From Terriglobia bacterium (lineage in GTDB: Bacteria; Acidobacteriota; Terriglobia; 2-12-FULL-54-10), in NCBI GenBank assembly GCA_963666975.2, contig CAXVYR010000003.1:448001-512000 (forward strand): 64,000 bases of DNA. Direction: 5' to 3'. Below the pieces are notes generated by a model that did not search any database, was not told where the DNA came from, and saw nothing but the letters and a program-made list of their open reading frames with translations. Position 1 is the first letter of the stretch; the number at the start of each line of letters is the position of its first letter. A program made the position numbers and the translations under genes. Below, piece after piece: positions 42,780 through 52,467 of this stretch.

Positions 42780-43934
42780 TCAAGATCGAGATTTGGTCAA
42801 TGGCGAATTTTCCATGTCCGCTGAAAGTCGCTGCGGGTTGCTGCGCCCCAGCAGTTCGCGAAAGAGCCGCTCGTATTCCAGGGTCACTTGATCCCATCGG
42901 TAGTGCTTGCGAACACGGTCCCGGGCGCGTGTTTGGTGTTCCTCCCGCAGGCCGGGATTTCCGAGCACTGCATTAATCTTTGCAGCAAGATCCTCTGGAG
43001 ATTTCTGGAATGGCAAAGCGGCGTCACCGGCCACCTCGCGGTTCTCCACGGTGTCAAGATAGAGGACGCACCGCCCGCATCCCATGGCTTCAATCAAGGC
43101 AGGGTGTGTTCCGCCCACTTCGGTGGCGTGGATATAGCAAAAGGCATGGGACAACAACTCCCGGTATCCCGCTCCATATATAGCGCCGGGAAACAGGATA
43201 CGGGGATCGGAGGTGGATTTCAGTTCCCGAATATAGTCACGGGCATAAGGGGCGTCCCCTACGATCGCCAGTTTTTGGCCGGTCTGCACCTGCTCAAAAG
43301 CTTTGACGACCAGCAGAGGGTTGTTCTCCGGCTCGAATCGTGTCACGTAAAGAAAGTAGCCCTCCGGCTCCAGTCCGATGCGTTCCAGCGCAGCCCGGCT
43401 CGAAAGACGCCGGTCATCCGCGCCATAGGGAATGAAATAGGAATGTTTGCCGTAGCGCCGAAGGTAGTATTGCGCGATTGCTTTGGCGTCGGTCACCATG
43501 GCGTTCGGAAGGAAGGTGGAAAGCCACTCGGAAAGCAGATAATACGTTTTCCCCGCCCAGTTCCATTTCGACCGCTTGCGTTCCAGCCCGTCCACGTTGA
43601 CCACGGTTTTCTTCCCGGCCAGGCGGGGAATAAAAGAAAAAATGCTATTGGCGGAATTGCAAATCAGCACCACCTCCACATCTTGAAAAAGAACGTGCCC
43701 AATGGATAGGAAGGTGTGAGCGACGGTATCGAAATACTTGTGCGGGATGGTCGGCAACAATACGAGCCGAACGCCTTTGTAATAACTGTCTGCATGGCGG
43801 ATGTTATGGGTGCGCCCGTAGACAACCACGGCATGCCCGTTCTGAACCAGCCGGCAGGAGAGCTCTTCCGCAAAGGTTTCAAAACCGCCGTAGTTTGCCG
43901 GGATACCACGGGTGCCGATTATGGCGATCTTCAT
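42780..43934 (-). CDS. Glycosyltransferase family 4 (DUF1972)
   Basis: MKIAIIGTRGIPANYGGFE, RFEPENN, EVGGTHPALIEAM. Confidence 0.9.
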   Translation of the reverse strand: MKIAIIGTRGIPANYGGFETFAEELSCRLVQNGHAVVVYGRTHNIRHADSYYKGVRLVLLPTIPHKYFDTVAHTFLSIGHVLFQDVEVVLICNSANSIFSFIPRLAGKKTVVNVDGLERKRSKWNWAGKTYYLLSEWLSTFLPNAMVTDAKAIAQYYLRRYGKHSYFIPYGADDRRLSSRAALERIGLEPEGYFLYVTRFEPENNPLLVVKAFEQVQTGQKLAIVGDAPYARDYIRELKSTSDPRILFPGAIYGAGYRELLSHAFCYIHATEVGGTHPALIEAMGCGRCVLYLDTVENREVAGDAALPFQKSPEDLAAKINAVLGNPGLREEHQTRARDRVRKHYRWDQVTLEYERLFRELLGRSNPQRLSADMENSPLTKSRS

Positions 43935-43936
43935 GG

Positions 43937-45040
43937 CTAGAGTTGTGTGAGTTGGCCGGACTGTGCTCCGGCTGTCGGCAAGGGCAAAGCCGAACTCGAG
44001 AACTCGGAAACCTGTAATTGCTGGGAAAGAGAGTTTCCCACAGGGGCGGTGACAGGCCGGAATCGGAACCAATTTTGTAAATAGGAGTTTGAGACCCGGC
44101 GGCGCTTTTGAATAATCCGGCGTTTAGCAAGGGTGCGGCGCAAGTTACGGAGCACAAAGGAAAATGCTCCCAGCGATTTCCGCTCAGCCAGCAGACAGTA
44201 TGCCAAAATGCCGATGTCCCTTGCCGTAGCCGGCAGGAAGTTGCGTAGATACAGCGGAAGGGTGGCGTTCTTGATTCGCATCAGGAAACGGTTTTTAACA
44301 CAATGCCGGTTGATCTCTTCCGGAATCTCCTGCCGCCGGCCGGGAAAAACCCTTCGCACGTGATAGCCGACCGCCTCCGGAAGGTACAAGCACTGCCACC
44401 CCTGCAGTTGGGCTCGCCAGGAGACGTCGGCGTCTTCCCGGTAGAGGAAGAAAGCTTCGTCGAAAAACTCTCCTTCCACAGCGATGTCCTGAATCATGCG
44501 GCTCCGATAGAGAGCTGCAGCAGCCGTCGCGCCAAAGACAAAGGCGGCGTCATTGTATTCTTCTCCATCCGGCAAAAGCATTCCCCGGTCGAAATGACGG
44601 AACGTGGGAGTGAAGTAGATTCCCGCCGAATCGAGCCGGTGTTCGGGAGAGACTTCAAAATTGGGTGAAACGCTAAAGAGCTTGCCACAGACCGTTCCAA
44701 TGGCGGGGTCGTGATTGCCCGCATGGACCAGACGGGACACAAAGTCGGAATCCAGCACCACATCCGGGTTGAGCGCCAGGATCCAGTCCCCGCTTGCCTT
44801 TCGAATAGCCTGGTTTTGAGCGGCGGAGAAGCCTCGATTTTCGGAATTGAAGATAGTCTGCAGACGTGGCTTATAACCGGCCAGAATCGACGCGGTGCCG
44901 TCCTGGCTGGCGTTGTCCACTACGATCACTTCCAGCGGGGTCCAGTCCTGCGCCAGCAAGGAATCCAAGCAACGGGCAAGAAAGAGTTCGCTGTTATGCG
45001 TAACCACCGTCACCGAAACAGTATTTTTCTCTATGCCCAT
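43937..45040 (-). CDS. Glycosyltransferase family 2
   Basis: VVDNASQDG, NRGFSAAQN, LNPDV, YREDAD. Confidence 0.9.
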   Translation of the reverse strand: MGIEKNTVSVTVVTHNSELFLARCLDSLLAQDWTPLEVIVVDNASQDGTASILAGYKPRLQTIFNSENRGFSAAQNQAIRKASGDWILALNPDVVLDSDFVSRLVHAGNHDPAIGTVCGKLFSVSPNFEVSPEHRLDSAGIYFTPTFRHFDRGMLLPDGEEYNDAAFVFGATAAAALYRSRMIQDIAVEGEFFDEAFFLYREDADVSWRAQLQGWQCLYLPEAVGYHVRRVFPGRRQEIPEEINRHCVKNRFLMRIKNATLPLYLRNFLPATARDIGILAYCLLAERKSLGAFSFVLRNLRRTLAKRRIIQKRRRVSNSYLQNWFRFRPVTAPVGNSLSQQLQVSEFSSSALPLPTAGAQSGQLTQL

Positions 45041-46056
45041 CTTTTTTTATCCGAACCGAGGCGGGAAATAGATTCCCGGCCTTTGTGCTCCGCGGGTGCG
45101 ACGCCGGAATGGTGACGGGCACCCCCTTGCCTCCACCGCGAAAAGGAGAGCAGAGCCGCCCGAAAATAGGCGAGGAACCTCTCCCTGCGAGTGGAGACCA
45201 GAGCCTGTGAGGTTGGCGCAATACCCAGCAGGGTTGCAAAAAGCCGAAGGCCCATACCCCACATCAAGGTTGCCCGGATGGCCAGTGCCATCGTCCAAGG
45301 GAAATGCTTCCTCACATAATAAAGCAAATTGTGGTTCCAGTAAATCTGTCTTTCCAAAAAAGTTAAAGAATTTACCGAATGTCCGCCAGTGTGTTGGAAT
45401 GCAACTTTCGGCCAAAACAGGATTTCGCCTCCCTGCTGGCGCAGCTTTTTACAGAGGTCCACATCCTCAAACCACAAAGGAAAGAAGGCCTCATCAAAAA
45501 AACCGCAGCTCTCGAAGCTCTTGCGGCGCACCAGCAGGCAGGCTCCTGCAGGTTGCTCCACTTTCGCAGGCCGCTCCGGATCAAGGTCCAGGCAGCGATA
45601 CTTCCTGTTTACGGGGTTATTCGGAAAAAGGCGATTTAGCAATAATAGTTCAAATATCAAGGAAGCTGGAGTCGGCAGGCGGCGCACATTGAATCCGATT
45701 TGTGTTTGACCCTGTGTATCGACTAGCCGGCCCGCTACAGCAACGGTCTTTTCCGAGTTCCGGAGCGGCTCCTCCAAACATTGCAACTGCCCAAGACAGA
45801 CACAGTCCGGATTCAGGAACAGAAGCGAGCTGCCACTGCTCTGGCGGACCCCGAGATTGGACGCCGCCGCAAAACCCAGATTGCGGGGAGCTTGAATTAA
45901 TTTTACGGAGGCAGAAAATTGCCGAACCAGAACCGCCGTCCCATCCGTTGAGGCATTATCAACCACCACGACCTCTGCGCCGGAATTTTTCAGGGACGCT
46001 AAACACTGGCCAATTTGGCCTTCGGAGTTGTGAGTGACGATGATGACCGAGATCAT
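45031..46056 (-). CDS. Glycosyltransferase family 2
   Basis: VVDNASTDG, NLGFAAASN, FLNPD, FEDVD. Confidence 0.9.
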   Translation of the reverse strand: MISVIIVTHNSEGQIGQCLASLKNSGAEVVVVDNASTDGTAVLVRQFSASVKLIQAPRNLGFAAASNLGVRQSSGSSLLFLNPDCVCLGQLQCLEEPLRNSEKTVAVAGRLVDTQGQTQIGFNVRRLPTPASLIFELLLLNRLFPNNPVNRKYRCLDLDPERPAKVEQPAGACLLVRRKSFESCGFFDEAFFPLWFEDVDLCKKLRQQGGEILFWPKVAFQHTGGHSVNSLTFLERQIYWNHNLLYYVRKHFPWTMALAIRATLMWGMGLRLFATLLGIAPTSQALVSTRRERFLAYFRAALLSFSRWRQGGARHHSGVAPAEHKGRESISRLGSDKKRWA

Positions 46057-46113
46057 ATTACTAAGCCGAAAAACTGCGCTATGCACGTACTCCAAGAGCA
46101 AGCATCCTGCTCA

Positions 46114-47250
46114 TCAGCCGGAAAGATGTCCCAGGTCTGGATTCACGGAAGACTTGTGCCCTTGGGGCGGGGGGAAAAGAAAAAAATACAGCTTCCAAAA
46201 CGTATCCTGTCTGTCTCGGTCCGCAGCAGTGGTGTCTTCGTAGATTTCCCGTTCCGATTCCCGTAACAAAGCAACGAAATTTTGCAGCTCATCCAATCGC
46301 CACCGAGTGCGCTTCTGAACCGTTTTTCTGAAGCGCCAGAAGAAATGAGCCATTCCGGACAGGTAAGCGCCCATCCTGTTTTTGCGGATAGCCAGGGCTG
46401 CCCAAAGCATTTGTGACCAAGCAATGCGAGGGCCCATGCGCAGCAATAACCGCCATGGGTAGTGTTTCGTCAAGATCATCAGTTGGTTTTGGGTCAGAAG
46501 GCGAAACACTGCCGTGGGGTCGGTTTCTCCCAGGGATGCGCTTCCTTGATGCCTGCAAGTAGCCTGCGGCAGGTAGAGCCCTCGGCGGCCCAATCGTCCC
46601 GCCCGCAGAGAAAAGTCGATGTCCTCCAGATAAGCAAAAAAATCTTCATCCAATCCGCCAACCTGCTCGAACACGCTTTGCCGAAAGAGCACGGCGGTGG
46701 CGGGAGCCGCGAAAACTTGCCGGGGAGTGGCGAATGATTCCGAGTCTTTCCGCCCGAAGCCGAGCCGCCAGGCAGAGCCACCCAGCGACAGAGCGTCTCC
46801 CGCGTTGTCCAACAAGACCCCGTCGGATTGGTAGATTTTCCCGCAGCAGAAGGATACATCCGGACGTGCCTCCAGAAGAGCAGCGGTCAACTCCAGCCAG
46901 GTTTTTTCTAGCTGCACGTCATCGTTCAGCAGGGCAACATAGGAAGACCGGCTGAGCGCGATGCCCGCGTTCATTGCCGCCGCAAAGCCGCGGTTTTCCG
47001 GGAAGGCGATCAGGGTACAGCCGAACTCGCCGGCCAGTTTGTTCGCCCAGTTCCCGGCTCCGTTCGAGATAAGAATCGTTTCAAAATCGTGGAACGTCTG
47101 TTGCCGTAGGGATTCCAAACAATCCCGCAGCAAGTCGTCCCGCAACACGGTGGGAATGATGACAGAAACCTTCGGGATCGGGGCCTTTCCGCCCCGTTGC
47201 ACGTTTCCTGCGGTGACATGCAAATGTGACATTCGGAAACGATTATACAA
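46114..47250 (-). CDS. Glycosyltransferase family 2
   Basis: VSVIIPT, NRGFAAAMN, LLNDD, YLEDID; start uncertain. Confidence 0.88.
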   Translation of the reverse strand: MYNRFRMSHLHVTAGNVQRGGKAPIPKVSVIIPTVLRDDLLRDCLESLRQQTFHDFETILISNGAGNWANKLAGEFGCTLIAFPENRGFAAAMNAGIALSRSSYVALLNDDVQLEKTWLELTAALLEARPDVSFCCGKIYQSDGVLLDNAGDALSLGGSAWRLGFGRKDSESFATPRQVFAAPATAVLFRQSVFEQVGGLDEDFFAYLEDIDFSLRAGRLGRRGLYLPQATCRHQGSASLGETDPTAVFRLLTQNQLMILTKHYPWRLLLRMGPRIAWSQMLWAALAIRKNRMGAYLSGMAHFFWRFRKTVQKRTRWRLDELQNFVALLRESEREIYEDTTAADRDRQDTFWKLYFFLFPPPQGHKSSVNPDLGHLSG

Positions 47251-47335
47251 GCTTCCCCTTGATTTCTACGGTTTATGGATGCAGCCAAGCCGGAGAGATG
47301 TACGGCCAGAGACACTCTGGCTGGAAATACAGCAG

Positions 47336-47767
47336 CTAGCTGCGTTCGGCAAATAATTGGTGCAGCTTTTCTTTCAGTGATGGGAAGAGCTTGACACGGG
47401 GAAGAAAGGCATCGATCGGTATAGTCAGCAGGCGCAGAGCGCTCAGGGCTTTCACGCTAGCGGTTCGAACTCGCTCCGGGTCCACAAGCGCCATTTCGCC
47501 GAAAAGCGTGGGGGCCTGGAGCACAACAAGAAATTGAGGAGGGTCGGCCTCCCCACGGTAGATTCCTACCGAGCCCTCTTCCAGGAGATAAACATCCCTG
47601 CCGACTTGCCCTTGCCGGACCAGGATGGCGCCCGATTGAACAGTGACCTCGGCACAGTCCTGGGCAATTAGAGCGAGTTCCTCCTCCGTCAGCCCCGCAA
47701 ACAGATCAAAAGAGCGGAGGCGAGAGGTTGCGATCTTTTTTTTGGTGTCCATTTTCTCGCTATCCAT
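47336..47767 (-). CDS. Stand-alone cyclic nucleotide-binding domain protein
   Basis: LFAGL..EEL, RQGQVG, FGEMAL...RTASV; no HTH. Confidence 0.85.
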   Translation of the reverse strand: MDSEKMDTKKKIATSRLRSFDLFAGLTEEELALIAQDCAEVTVQSGAILVRQGQVGRDVYLLEEGSVGIYRGEADPPQFLVVLQAPTLFGEMALVDPERVRTASVKALSALRLLTIPIDAFLPRVKLFPSLKEKLHQLFAERS

Positions 47768-48120
47768 CTGACGCTGGCGAGAAGTGAATGTTAGCTCGAT
47801 TGGCCTGGGATCATCCGCACTGATTCTTCCCATTCTATTCTTGCATTGAAAAGACCAAAAAAGAAGAGTTTTGAATGTGTCGGTGCAAACAATTTGGCAT
47901 AACGAAGAGGGAAGCAGATCATTCCGGCAAAGAACCTCGGTGTATATTTGTTTAGTGAACATCCGTTGCAGATTGGGGAGGAGACTGACCCTCCGCTCCC
48001 CTCAGCTACTTTGAAAGCTTCGCGGAAGGGTATCTTTGCCAACCCGAGGCCAACCCGAGTGCTGGTGGAAATTCATACTGCTGGCGTATTATTGGAGGGT
48101 CAGAACTGAAAGGAGAATTT

Positions 48121-48450
48121 GTGGCGCTCACAACTGTGCAAGCACGCTGTCCCTCCTGCCAATCCGCCGAAGTTTTCTATTCCTGCACGCCCAACTGTTG
48201 CTTTAACCACGTTTGCAATGAGTGCCAGAGCAGCTTTGAGCTTTCGACATCCCCTTTGCCGGGTGCTGTCCCAGGTCTGGATATGGATGCCGCCGGGCTC
48301 CCGCCGGAGCCGGACGCCTGCTCGCCCACAGCTCCCTGTGCCAAATGTCAAGGTATCCGCGTATATCAGCTTTCCGGTGGCGAAACCTTGTTTTGTCTGG
48401 ACTGCCGCGCCCTGCTCCAACTCGACTACGAAAACGTGGCAGGCCCGTAG
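48121..48450 (+). CDS. Cys-rich multi-zinc-ribbon hypothetical protein
   Basis: CPSC, CTPNCCFNHVCNEC, CAKC, CLDC; RBS AAGGAG before GTG. Confidence 0.75.
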   Translation: MALTTVQARCPSCQSAEVFYSCTPNCCFNHVCNECQSSFELSTSPLPGAVPGLDMDAAGLPPEPDACSPTAPCAKCQGIRVYQLSGGETLFCLDCRALLQLDYENVAGP

Positions 48451-48493
48451 AAACTGGATTTGAAAGGTCGGTTTCCGCTAGAATTTATAACTT

Positions 48494-49687
48494 ATGAATG
48501 ATCGCGAGTTGGAAATTTTCTTAAACGACCTTGAATCTGACAGGGTGGAGCGAAAAGCTTCGATCTCTGACAGAAGTAAAATTAGTGAAGCTATCTGCGC
48601 TTTTGCCAACGATTTGCCTAATCATCGACAATCCGGAGTGATCTTTATTGGCGCTAATGACGATGGAACTTGCTCACAGCTAAACATCACCGATGAATTG
48701 TTACGAATACTTGCTGATATGCGGTCAGCTGGAAATATCTTGCCCATTCCAACCATGACCGGGGAAAAGAAAACCCTCGGGGGCTGTGAACTGGCTCTCA
48801 CCCTCGTAGAACCTTCCGATGCACCACCTGTGCGCTACGGGGGACGCACGTGGATACGCGTCGGACCTCGCAGGGCGATTGCTACGGTAGAGGAAGAGCG
48901 CCGTCTAACCGAGAAACGAAGTTCTCGAGACCTGCCTTTTGATATTCGGCCCATTTCCTCAGTTGACTTAGAAGCCCTCGATTTTAACCTCTTCCATCAA
49001 GTCTATTTGCCATCGAGCATAGCTCCAGATATTCTGGAGCAGAATCAGCGTACCGATGCAGAACAACTTGCTTCCCTGCGGTTCGCAACAGTCGAACCTA
49101 TGCCAAGACCTACCATTCTGGGTATCCTGGTGGTTGGAAAAGACCCGTGAGAATTCCTTGCCGGAGCGTACGTTCAGTTTCTCCGAATTGATGGCACCGA
49201 ACTGACAGACCCAATCAAGGATCAGAAGGAATTAGGCGGTCCGCTTTCGGACCTACTCAAGGCGTTGGACGAAATGTTCCTGGCTCACATTTCGGTCACC
49301 TCAGATATTACGTCAGAACCCGTGGAGATTCGTCGTCCCGATTATCCAGTAGTAGCGCTTCAGCAACTGGCACGGAATGCGGTATTGCATCGCACATATG
49401 AGGGAACAAATGCACCAGTCCGGATTACATGGTTTAACGACCGCATCGAAATTCAAAATCCGGGAGGTCCTTTTGGACAGGTCAATCGGGGAAACTTCGG
49501 CCAACCAGGGATAACAGATTATCGAAATCCTCATCTGGCCGAAGCAATGAAAAACCTGGGTTACGTCCAACGATTCGGAGTCGGTATACAGCTCGCCCGC
49601 GAGGAGATGGAGAAGAATGGCAACGCAGCACTAGATTTCGATGTTCAAGATGCCCACGTGTTGGTAATTTTGAGGAGGCGACCGTGA
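48494..49687 (+). pseudogene. AlbA_2 (Schlafen-like) + RecG_C/HATPase_c_4 protein with in-frame TGA at 49148-49150
   Basis: ESDRVERK, ICAFAND, GVIFIG; same frame continues past TGA to NAVLHRTY, DRIEIQNPGG, YRNP, VQRFGVGI. Confidence 0.82.
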
Positions 49688-50721
49688 GTACAACAGTGAT
49701 GGCGTTCTTTAACAACAAAGGGGGGGGTAAGACTTCGCTAGTGTATCACTTAGCGGGGATGTTCGCCGATTTGGGTGTGCGTGTTGTGGTTGCGGACTTG
49801 GATCCTCAAGCGAATTTGACTGCTGCGTTTCTTGATGATAATCGCCTGGAAGAACTCTGGCCTGACGGAGATCATCGAGAAACCATTTTTGGGTCTCTAC
49901 AGCCTCTCTTGAAAGGGCTCGGAGATATAGCCGATCCACACATGGAATACATCGAAGACAGGCTAAGACTCGTGGTTGGTGATCTGTCACTTTCCCGGTT
50001 TGAAGATCCGCTCTCAGAAGTATGGCCTAAGTGCATGGACCGTGACGAACGTTCATTCCGGGTTATGTCTGCCTTCTGGAGGATATTGCAGCGGGCTGCT
50101 GCAAACCACAAAGCGGATGTTGTTTTGATAGATCTAGGCCCTAATTTGGGGGCGATCAACCGTGCGGCGCTCATCGCAGCCCACTATGTTGTAATCCCGC
50201 TTTCGCCGGACCTGTTCTCCTTACAAGGCCTACGCAACCTTGGCCCTACCTTACGGCGTTGGCGTGCAGAATGGAAAGAGCGTTTGAAGAGAAATCCTGT
50301 GTCTGATCTGCCACTTCCTTCAGGAAACATGGAGCCTGTTGGGTACATCGTCATGCAGCACTCGGAACGGCTGGATCGGCCCGTAAAAGCATACGACCGT
50401 TGGATCGCGCAGGTCCCAGAGACTTACCGAGGCCACGTATTGAAGATTTCGGAGGATAACGGAATTTCCGTTAAGAATGATCCTTACTGTCTGGCCCTTC
50501 TTAAACACTATCGGAGTCTGATGCCTATGGCTCAGGAAGCCCACAAGCCTATTTTCCGTCTAAAACCTGCCGACGGGGCTATCGGAGCCCATTTTCAGGC
50601 TGTTAAGGGTGCCTACCGTGATTTTGAGTCGTTGGCTCGTGAGATTGCTAAACGAACTAATGTAAATATCACGGAACAATTTGCGCGCACCTCAACGAAA
50701 TTGCATTTCCCCTTCACATAG
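49684..50721 (+). CDS. ParA/Soj-family ATPase with shortened Walker A (KGGGKT)
   Basis: FFNNKGGGKTS, DLDPQANLT, LIDLGPNLG; GTGA overlap with the upstream gene. Confidence 0.85.
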   Translation: MSTTVMAFFNNKGGGKTSLVYHLAGMFADLGVRVVVADLDPQANLTAAFLDDNRLEELWPDGDHRETIFGSLQPLLKGLGDIADPHMEYIEDRLRLVVGDLSLSRFEDPLSEVWPKCMDRDERSFRVMSAFWRILQRAAANHKADVVLIDLGPNLGAINRAALIAAHYVVIPLSPDLFSLQGLRNLGPTLRRWRAEWKERLKRNPVSDLPLPSGNMEPVGYIVMQHSERLDRPVKAYDRWIAQVPETYRGHVLKISEDNGISVKNDPYCLALLKHYRSLMPMAQEAHKPIFRLKPADGAIGAHFQAVKGAYRDFESLAREIAKRTNVNITEQFARTSTKLHFPFT

Positions 50722-50831
50722 TAACGATTATTCGTTACAAAAAATCAAGACTCGCTTGCGCATTCGCAAACCCAATGCCATAATTCGCGCAGTTCTCAAC
50801 GCAGTTCTCAACTGGGCGCCATTGTAAAACG

Positions 50832-52368
50832 ATGTTTAGAACGCTGAGCGCGACCGTATTCGGAATTGACGCCCACCTCGTGGAAGTGGAAGTGGACCTG
50901 AATCCCTCCCGCAGCGACTGGAATTTCACCACGGTGGGGCTCCCGGATGCAGCGGTTAAAGAAAGCCGAGACCGTGTCCGCTCCGCCATTCGCAATTGCG
51001 GCTACACCTTCCCTGCACAAAACATCACCGTGAACCTGGCACCGGCTGACATGAAGAAAGAAGGCTCCGGGTTTGACCTTACCTATTGCACTGGGTCTTC
51101 TCGCCAGCATGCAGGAACTCGAAGCCGAGCATCTGGCCGACTACCTTTTTCTGGGAGAACTTTCCCTGGATGGTCTTTTGCGGCCTGTGAAGGGAGTTCT
51201 TTCTATAGCGGTAAAGGCGAGAGAGGTCGGGATTCCCAACGTGGTGGTTCCGGCAGCCAACGGGCGGGAGGCCGCTACTGTAGAAGGGATCAACGTTTTT
51301 GCTTTGAAGACGCTGCCGGAAGCGGTGGATCTGCTTCGGTCACCGGTCCACTTTGCTCCGCTGCGGCTGGATTCCCAGGCGCTTCTGGAACAGGAAACCA
51401 GCGCCAGCGTGGATTTTCGCGATGTTCGCGGGCAACCCTCGGCAAAGCGGGCGCTGGAGGTGGCGGCTGCGGGGTCGCATAACATCCTCATGATCGGTCC
51501 TCCGGGTTCGGGGAAAACGATGCTCGCCAAGCGCTTGGCTACAATCCTGCCTCGGCTGACCTTTGAGGAATCGATACAAACAACCAAGGTGCACAGTGTG
51601 GCCGGATTGCTCGACCCTGCACAGGGTTTGATTACCTGCCGCCCTTTTCGCTCGCCCCACCATACCATCTCCGATGCGGGCTTAATTGGAGGGGGCGCCA
51701 TACCCCGTCCGGGAGAAGTGAGCTTGGCTCACAACGGCCTCCTATTCCTGGACGAGCTTCCGGAGTTTCCTCGAAATGTTTTGGAAGTGTTGCGCCAGCT
51801 GCTCGAAGATGGGCATGTCACTATTGCACGCGCTTCGATGTCGCTCTCCTTTCCGTCAACATTTATGCTGGCGGCGGCAATGAATCCTTGCCCCTGCGGA
51901 TATTTCAACGACCCTGCGCATGAATGTATCTGCACGCCTCCCATGATCCAGCGGTATATCGCGAAGATTTCCGGTCCGCTGCTGGACCGCATTGACATCC
52001 ACATTGACGTGCCTGCCGTGAAATACCGGGAACTGCGCTCCAGCAATTCGTCGGAAAGTTCTGCAGAGATTCGCACACGGGTTGAGCCGGCCCGGCGATT
52101 TCAGCAGGAGCGCTTTGGAGGGGTGAAGCTTTATGCGAACGCCCAGATGACGCCGCGCCTGATCCGCGAGCACTGCCGGCTGGATGAGGCCTCCGAACAG
52201 TTGCTGGAGAACGCCATGCAGAAGATGGGCTTGACCGCTCGCGCGCACGACCGCATCCTCAAGGTAGCCCGCACCATCGCCGACCTGGAGGGCGTCCCGG
52301 ACATTGCCTCGAAACACATTGCCGAAGCCGTCCAATACAGGTCTTTGGACCGGACCTACTGGGCATGA
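50832..52368 (+). pseudogene. comM: YifB/ComM Mg-chelatase-like AAA+ ATPase, frameshifted near 51078-51081
   Basis: [31 protein letters not shown] in one frame; [32 protein letters not shown] in the next. Confidence 0.9.
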
Positions 52369-52467
52369 AAAAGCAATAGGGAGTTTTCCGGAAAAGAAGC
52401 CGGGGAGAAAGAGGAATACGATCGTGGGACTGGTTGTACCGTTGTTGGTATGAACCGTGTCGCAACG

